DNA from: Methylococcaceae bacterium
Lineage (GTDB): Bacteria; Pseudomonadota; Gammaproteobacteria; Methylococcales; Methylomonadaceae
Length of the DNA stretch: 30,545 bases
Direction of reading: 5' to 3'
Assembly (NCBI GenBank): GCA_005772825.1
Contig: SXIP01000291.1
Coordinates: 1 to 30,545, forward strand
The translations under genes and the position numbers were made by a program. Below, one piece after another: positions 26,375 to 30,545 of the stretch (position 1 is the stretch's first letter; every line of letters starts with the position of its first letter). The notes below the pieces were generated by a model. It was not told the origin of the DNA, made no database searches, and was given only the letters and a program-made list of their open reading frames with translations.

Positions 26375-26683
26375 TCAACTGTCCCTTCAGTTAGTCATTC
26401 TAAATTCCAGTTATTGTGACAGATGACCCCGAATACACGCAATCAATTCATCTGGGTTTTGATATATTTTGCAGGCGTGAAGAGCTGTTTGTTTACTAAA
26501 AACGGGGTATTAAAGTCGAGAATATTTTCGGTCCGCTATTTATGCACTGTGTTTTGCATTTATAGACGGGTTGTTAAACACGTTGTAGAGATCGGATTGA
26601 CCGGTACTATAAGGGGTGACGGGTTATCGGGAAATATAGCGAGAAGAACGGTATTGCAGGAATAGGGGCGGGGAGTATCGGTT

Positions 26684-26720
26684 GAAGCGTAGAGACTCTT
26701 GCCTGATGGTCTCTACGCTT
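26684..26720. promoter_or_regulatory. Perfect 13-bp inverted repeat gaagcgtagagac…gtctctacgcttc with a 12-nt loop, immediately 3' of the STAS gene
   Basis: Read directly. No T-run follows on the minus strand, so the terminator role is uncertain. Confidence 0.3.
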
Positions 26721-26738
26721 CAAAGAGAATTTTAATAA

Positions 26739-27917
26739 TTAAACGACATATTTGTTATAGACCATTTGCAGCATTTGCACTTCGCCTGCTTCCGGTTTGT
26801 TCCAGCCTTGAATCTGGATGTCTTTCAATATTTGTTGTCCCTGATCATCGTTTTGCATGCCCATTAAACTGTCGATCAGTGCCTGGCTTTCTTCTTTCAA
26901 ATGAGGCGCAACACAAAACAGGTGGCAGGCAAAGTCGGTCTGACTTTCATCCACTTTCCGAACATTATCCCGGCTGAAAGAAGACAAGCCTTCGTATGTT
27001 TTCTTTAGCATAAAGACTAGATCGCATTTTTTTCGGATAAGTGTCTGTAATGCCTTGATTTCATTGCCGGCGAAATCAAAGGTGAATTTTGCCGAATCCA
27101 GCCCGTTTTCATCACATAAAAATCGTCCCAATAAGTAGACAAAACTGTCTTTAGTTGCTGTGCCGACCGTAACGCCTTCATACTCTTTCAAGCTGCGCGT
27201 TTCATCCGCCCGAGTCAGGATCACCACCTCATCGGCTTCGGCAATAGGGCGCATCACTGGTATGAATCCATACTGCTTGATCATCAGACACGCTTCAAAC
27301 GGTTTTGCAAACAATAAATCGGTTGTATTGCCATTCGGAACATCTATGGATTGTTCGAAATGAATGGCTTTTTTCAATCGGCGTTGCAAATAGGTATTCA
27401 GCAAATACCACCCGGTCAGTTGTTGGCCTGATTGCAGGCTGGCGACAAAATTCAGTTTGTCACCTGCTTCTCGTTTTTCCGGTGCTGATTTGCGTCGCTC
27501 CGGAGTGTCGCGTGGCATTACCCGGCGATCGGGCAGATGTCGGCGATCAGTAAATCGCGGAGGCTCGGGATTGACCGCTGCGACACCGGAGCTGGATTCA
27601 GCACTTTGCCCGTCTGACTTGACGAATCGGCCTAGTCCGGTAATTTTAAACAACATGCTCACCATGCGGTTTAAATTCTGCACTTCTACGCGGATTCTTT
27701 TTCGCTCCCATTCCTCAAACAGCTTTAGCAATAATGACAAACCCATTGAATTGACGCGTTCAACCTTGCTGAAATCGAGTAATACATGAACCTCTGCAGG
27801 CAGTGAAGATAACGATTCCAGTATTTCGTCAGCATGTGCATCAATGGAGCCAATAAAATTATAATGATAGTCTTTTCCAGAGATCTCTTGAATAGTAAAA
27901 GAATTGGTAGTAATCAT
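26739..27917 (-). CDS. STAS-domain (anti-sigma-factor antagonist-like) protein fused to a PhnD/SsuA-like periplasmic-binding-fold domain (392 aa)
   Basis: STAS features are …LLDFSKVERVNSMGLSLLLKL with a candidate phospho-Ser. An Arg/Pro-rich linker follows. The C-terminal domain LNFVASLQSGQQLTGWYLLNTYLQ…GFIPVMRPIAEADEVVILTRADE is a type-2 PBP. There is no signal peptide. The ATG overlaps the stop of the upstream gene (ATGA). Confidence 0.65.
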   Translation of the reverse strand: MITTNSFTIQEISGKDYHYNFIGSIDAHADEILESLSSLPAEVHVLLDFSKVERVNSMGLSLLLKLFEEWERKRIRVEVQNLNRMVSMLFKITGLGRFVKSDGQSAESSSGVAAVNPEPPRFTDRRHLPDRRVMPRDTPERRKSAPEKREAGDKLNFVASLQSGQQLTGWYLLNTYLQRRLKKAIHFEQSIDVPNGNTTDLLFAKPFEACLMIKQYGFIPVMRPIAEADEVVILTRADETRSLKEYEGVTVGTATKDSFVYLLGRFLCDENGLDSAKFTFDFAGNEIKALQTLIRKKCDLVFMLKKTYEGLSSFSRDNVRKVDESQTDFACHLFCVAPHLKEESQALIDSLMGMQNDDQGQQILKDIQIQGWNKPEAGEVQMLQMVYNKYVV

Positions 27918-30415
27918 ATTGATGCCCTGCTTTGGTTGGCCGCTTCATACTCGCTGTGATAAATAAACTGAAGACCGGAATCAACATCCATATCAACAGT
28001 ACCGTTAAGATCCCATAAGGTGGTAACCTGGGTACGCTGTTGGGGACGAACACGAATTTGCAGGTAATCCGACAAACGCCACATCATGTACAAGCCTACC
28101 CCGCCGACGCCCGGTTCAACGCCTTCTTCCATGGCGTGGGCAATATTCCTGAGGAAAACGCCCGGCATTAAAGTTCCCCAGTTATCGGTAATCATCAAGC
28201 CTAAAACGTCTGGGGTCACGGCAATATCAATACGTACTTCTTCATGTGCGGATAATTCTCTGGACTCCCCTTTGTTGTAATAGGCAACACCTTTACCATC
28301 ACGAGGCGCGGCATATAAGCTGTTTTCAGTCATTTCGTCGAGAATGATCATCAAGGCGTCTATATGGTCTTTGGATATATTACCCCGATCCCTCAACCAG
28401 GACTGAATTTCCTCGGTAATAAAAAGCTTGTCTTCTGTATGGGTTAAGTGGAATTGCCGGTATTCGGGTTGTCCGGGAATCAGCACATACAAATCGTCAT
28501 CAGGCGAGTCATGGTGTTGATTGAGTAAATGGTTCCAGCCAATTTTCTTACAAAAATCATCATGTCGAGGCAAAATCCGGCAAATACCGTCCTGACTGAA
28601 ACGGGTCAGCAAATCCGAGTATCCCTGTTCGGCCAGGAATACCACATATTCCTTGGAGATACGTGGAATAGGGTGTTCACCTTGGCGATAAAAGGTTTCC
28701 GAGATACGGATAATATCGCTGACTTCAGTGCTGGCTGCGGCCTGAATCACCCGGTCACTATGGGAAATGACCACAATGGTTACGTCATCGGTGTAAGCGG
28801 TTGTGCGGCAGTGGTTTCTTAATGCCTCCATGACGGTATTACGCAACACTTCGGGTTGCTCGGTATTAACATTGGCGTTGAGTATCGCTTCCAGCCGGTC
28901 ATAACCAAAAGCAACTCCGGCAGGTGATTCTTCTTCAACCAGACCGTCGGTATATAAGAATAAGCGGTCGCCTACTTCGAGGGTTAATTCAATCGCTGTT
29001 TCCAGATAATCCGAATCGGCGCTTTTACCCAAGGGTAAACCGGAGGCTTCCAGCATTTCCCATTTCTGTGCTTGGTGTCGTAACAAATAAGGTAAAACAT
29101 GTCCTGCGTTGGCGAAAGTCAGTTTGCCGGTCCGCGCATCGAGACTCAAACAACCCATAGTCATCAACAGTGATTGTTGAGCGGTGGCGCGCATTGTTTC
29201 ATTTAACGAGTTAAGAATTTCGCTGGGGCTGGTGATGCCTTCATGAATCAGCGGATAAACACCGGCTTTTGCCGCACCCACCATGGTTCCCGCCGCCACG
29301 CCGTGACCGCTGACGTCGCCGATAAGTAAAATACTGTGGTGACCGCCGACTTTATAATAATCATAATAGTCGCCGCCTACCTCACTGGAAGTTAACAGAT
29401 TGGCCAAGCCCTGGACGCCGGGCAAATCAATGATTGGCGGCGGTAAGATGGATCGTTGCAAAACCGCCGCCAAGTTAACTTCGTCTTGCAGACGAGCACT
29501 GATTTTCGCTAATTCGGCGTTTGCCAGATAAACTTTTTGTTCGGCTTCTTTTCGGTCGGTAATATCCAGTCCGGTTGCCAGAAACATCAATGGGGTATGC
29601 GATTTTGAATCTTTGATAGTTGTCGGATTCCATACTACGTTGATTAAATCGCCGGTGCTGATTTGCATGTGGGTTTCAATTTCGTCGGCAAAATCAACGG
29701 CGCCCGACATCATATCCGCGAATAATGCGTGCAGTTCCTGCTGCTCGCCCGTCGGTATAAATTGGTTGAAAAAATCCGTGCCTCTCACTTCCTCTTCCGA
29801 CCACCCGCTACTTTCTTCAGCATGATGGTTAAACAAGGCCACTTTCCCTTCCGCATCAACACCGATAATTAGCGCCTGGGTTGTATTAATGACGTTGTCG
29901 GCAAAGGCCTTTTCCTGGGCCATTTTGACGGCGCTTTCTTTTAACTTGACCACCAGAGGTTGTAACAACAAGACGCCCACTAATACCAATGTCGCGAGCG
30001 ATATACCAAAAAATAAGTGCTGCTTGTTAGCGGTACTGCCCAGCATGAACTCACTTTGTCGTTGATACAACGAGCTTACCAAGCCTATCCCTTCTATCAG
30101 GCGCGGCGTCAGGATAAAAAATAATTTATCCATTTCCGGGTTTGTCAGCTGCAGTTGGTCTGCCGGTAATCGCTGAAGAGCACGGGCAGTTATCATATAA
30201 GTTCGCATCAAGGTATCGAGAGGTTTTTCACCATCAAAATACGCTTGTCTTAATTCCGGGGATAATTGTCCGGAAATATGAACCAGTTCGCCTCGTTCTC
30301 TGATAAATCGATCGCCTTGACTTAACGCAGCGTGAGATTCATCCAGCTGAATCAGGTTGGAAGTGATTTTGGCATTTAATTTCGACAGCTCATTGGCGTC
30401 TTTGATATACGCCAT
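27914..30415 (-). CDS. Multidomain partner-switching regulator: N-terminal region, TM, PAS, PP2C (SpoIIE/RsbU-type) phosphatase and C-terminal RsbW-like GHKL serine kinase (833 aa)
   Basis: PAS (…LIIGVDAEGKVALFNHHAEESSGW…). PP2C (…GGDYYDY…LLIGDVSGHGVAAG…LYTDGL…). GHKL (…LDEMTENSLYAAP…GLMITDNWGTL…GGVGLYMMWRLSDYLQIRV). Confidence 0.85.
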   Translation of the reverse strand: MAYIKDANELSKLNAKITSNLIQLDESHAALSQGDRFIRERGELVHISGQLSPELRQAYFDGEKPLDTLMRTYMITARALQRLPADQLQLTNPEMDKLFFILTPRLIEGIGLVSSLYQRQSEFMLGSTANKQHLFFGISLATLVLVGVLLLQPLVVKLKESAVKMAQEKAFADNVINTTQALIIGVDAEGKVALFNHHAEESSGWSEEEVRGTDFFNQFIPTGEQQELHALFADMMSGAVDFADEIETHMQISTGDLINVVWNPTTIKDSKSHTPLMFLATGLDITDRKEAEQKVYLANAELAKISARLQDEVNLAAVLQRSILPPPIIDLPGVQGLANLLTSSEVGGDYYDYYKVGGHHSILLIGDVSGHGVAAGTMVGAAKAGVYPLIHEGITSPSEILNSLNETMRATAQQSLLMTMGCLSLDARTGKLTFANAGHVLPYLLRHQAQKWEMLEASGLPLGKSADSDYLETAIELTLEVGDRLFLYTDGLVEEESPAGVAFGYDRLEAILNANVNTEQPEVLRNTVMEALRNHCRTTAYTDDVTIVVISHSDRVIQAAASTEVSDIIRISETFYRQGEHPIPRISKEYVVFLAEQGYSDLLTRFSQDGICRILPRHDDFCKKIGWNHLLNQHHDSPDDDLYVLIPGQPEYRQFHLTHTEDKLFITEEIQSWLRDRGNISKDHIDALMIILDEMTENSLYAAPRDGKGVAYYNKGESRELSAHEEVRIDIAVTPDVLGLMITDNWGTLMPGVFLRNIAHAMEEGVEPGVGGVGLYMMWRLSDYLQIRVRPQQRTQVTTLWDLNGTVDMDVDSGLQFIYHSEYEAANQSRASI

Positions 30416-30545
30416 GTTCGACTTTTAAGCGTCAACCAAAGCGTCGAAATGCAAAGGCGGATTACCCAAAAGTTTGTTCAAAAAAACGCCCACGGTGTGA
30501 GCCAGCAATTTGCGAATAAAACGGTTGGTTAAATGCCAAAGGTCA

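Noticed and set aside
25947-26426. 159-aa plus-strand ORF
   Set aside because: Antisense shadow inside the fhcB-like gene, with a low-complexity Ala/Ser/Leu composition.
27160-29825. Plus-strand ORFs inside the STAS-PBP and PP2C-GHKL genes
   Set aside because: Shadow ORFs antisense to long, domain-supported genes.

Overview
This window looks like gammaproteobacterial DNA of about 50% GC. The Fhc/Fwd-like genes suggest a methylotroph or methanotroph, but that is inference. Every ORF coordinate comes from the supplied six-frame track (some of its starts are TTG), and no search tool was run.

The window has six parts:

1. Positions 1-7543 hold a head-to-tail array of four paralogous secreted proteins on the minus strand. 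Each has a signal peptide, a variable N-terminal LamG/ConA-like jelly-roll domain and a constant C-terminal seven-repeat FG-GAP-like beta-propeller. The constant halves are near-identical in DNA. The first copy is cut by the window edge and is frameshifted by a perfect 19-bp tandem duplication.

2. A nested-palindrome, MITE-like repeat family sits among these genes. Two inverted copies carry a 120-bp core with 15-bp terminal inverted repeats, at about 1455-1663 and 7823..8154. A third, core-less copy of the outer inverted repeats lies at about 16633-16743.

3. An RNA-repair locus is laid out as rtcR (plus strand, CARF domain and sigma-54 AAA+ activator) divergent from rtcB (minus strand). There is no rtcA. 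A good sigma-54 -24/-12 promoter and a palindromic leader precede rtcB. Immediately downstream of rtcB, on the same strand, are two tandem tRNA-like genes with non-canonical anticodon regions. One has only a 4-nt anticodon loop. They may be tRNA mimics of the Y-RNA kind. An SPFH/band-7 gene follows them.

4. Positions 12.9-20.5 kb hold an AI-2E family transporter, a secreted two-repeat protein, a Roadblock/LC7 protein, a lipoprotein plus cupredoxin-like operon, a HAMP class III nucleotidyl cyclase and a small lipoprotein.

5. An FhcA/FwdA-like gene and an FhcB/FwdB-like gene are separated by a low-GC insert of about 3 kb at 22150..25100. The insert carries a Uma2 endonuclease, a small ORF, a PRTase-like protein and a protein with four 35-aa tandem repeats (105-bp DNA repeats) and an SH3-like tail.

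6. Positions 26.7-30.4 kb hold a partner-switching module: a STAS domain fused to a PhnD-like binding domain, followed by a TM/PAS/PP2C/GHKL-kinase fusion protein. No sigma factor gene is nearby.
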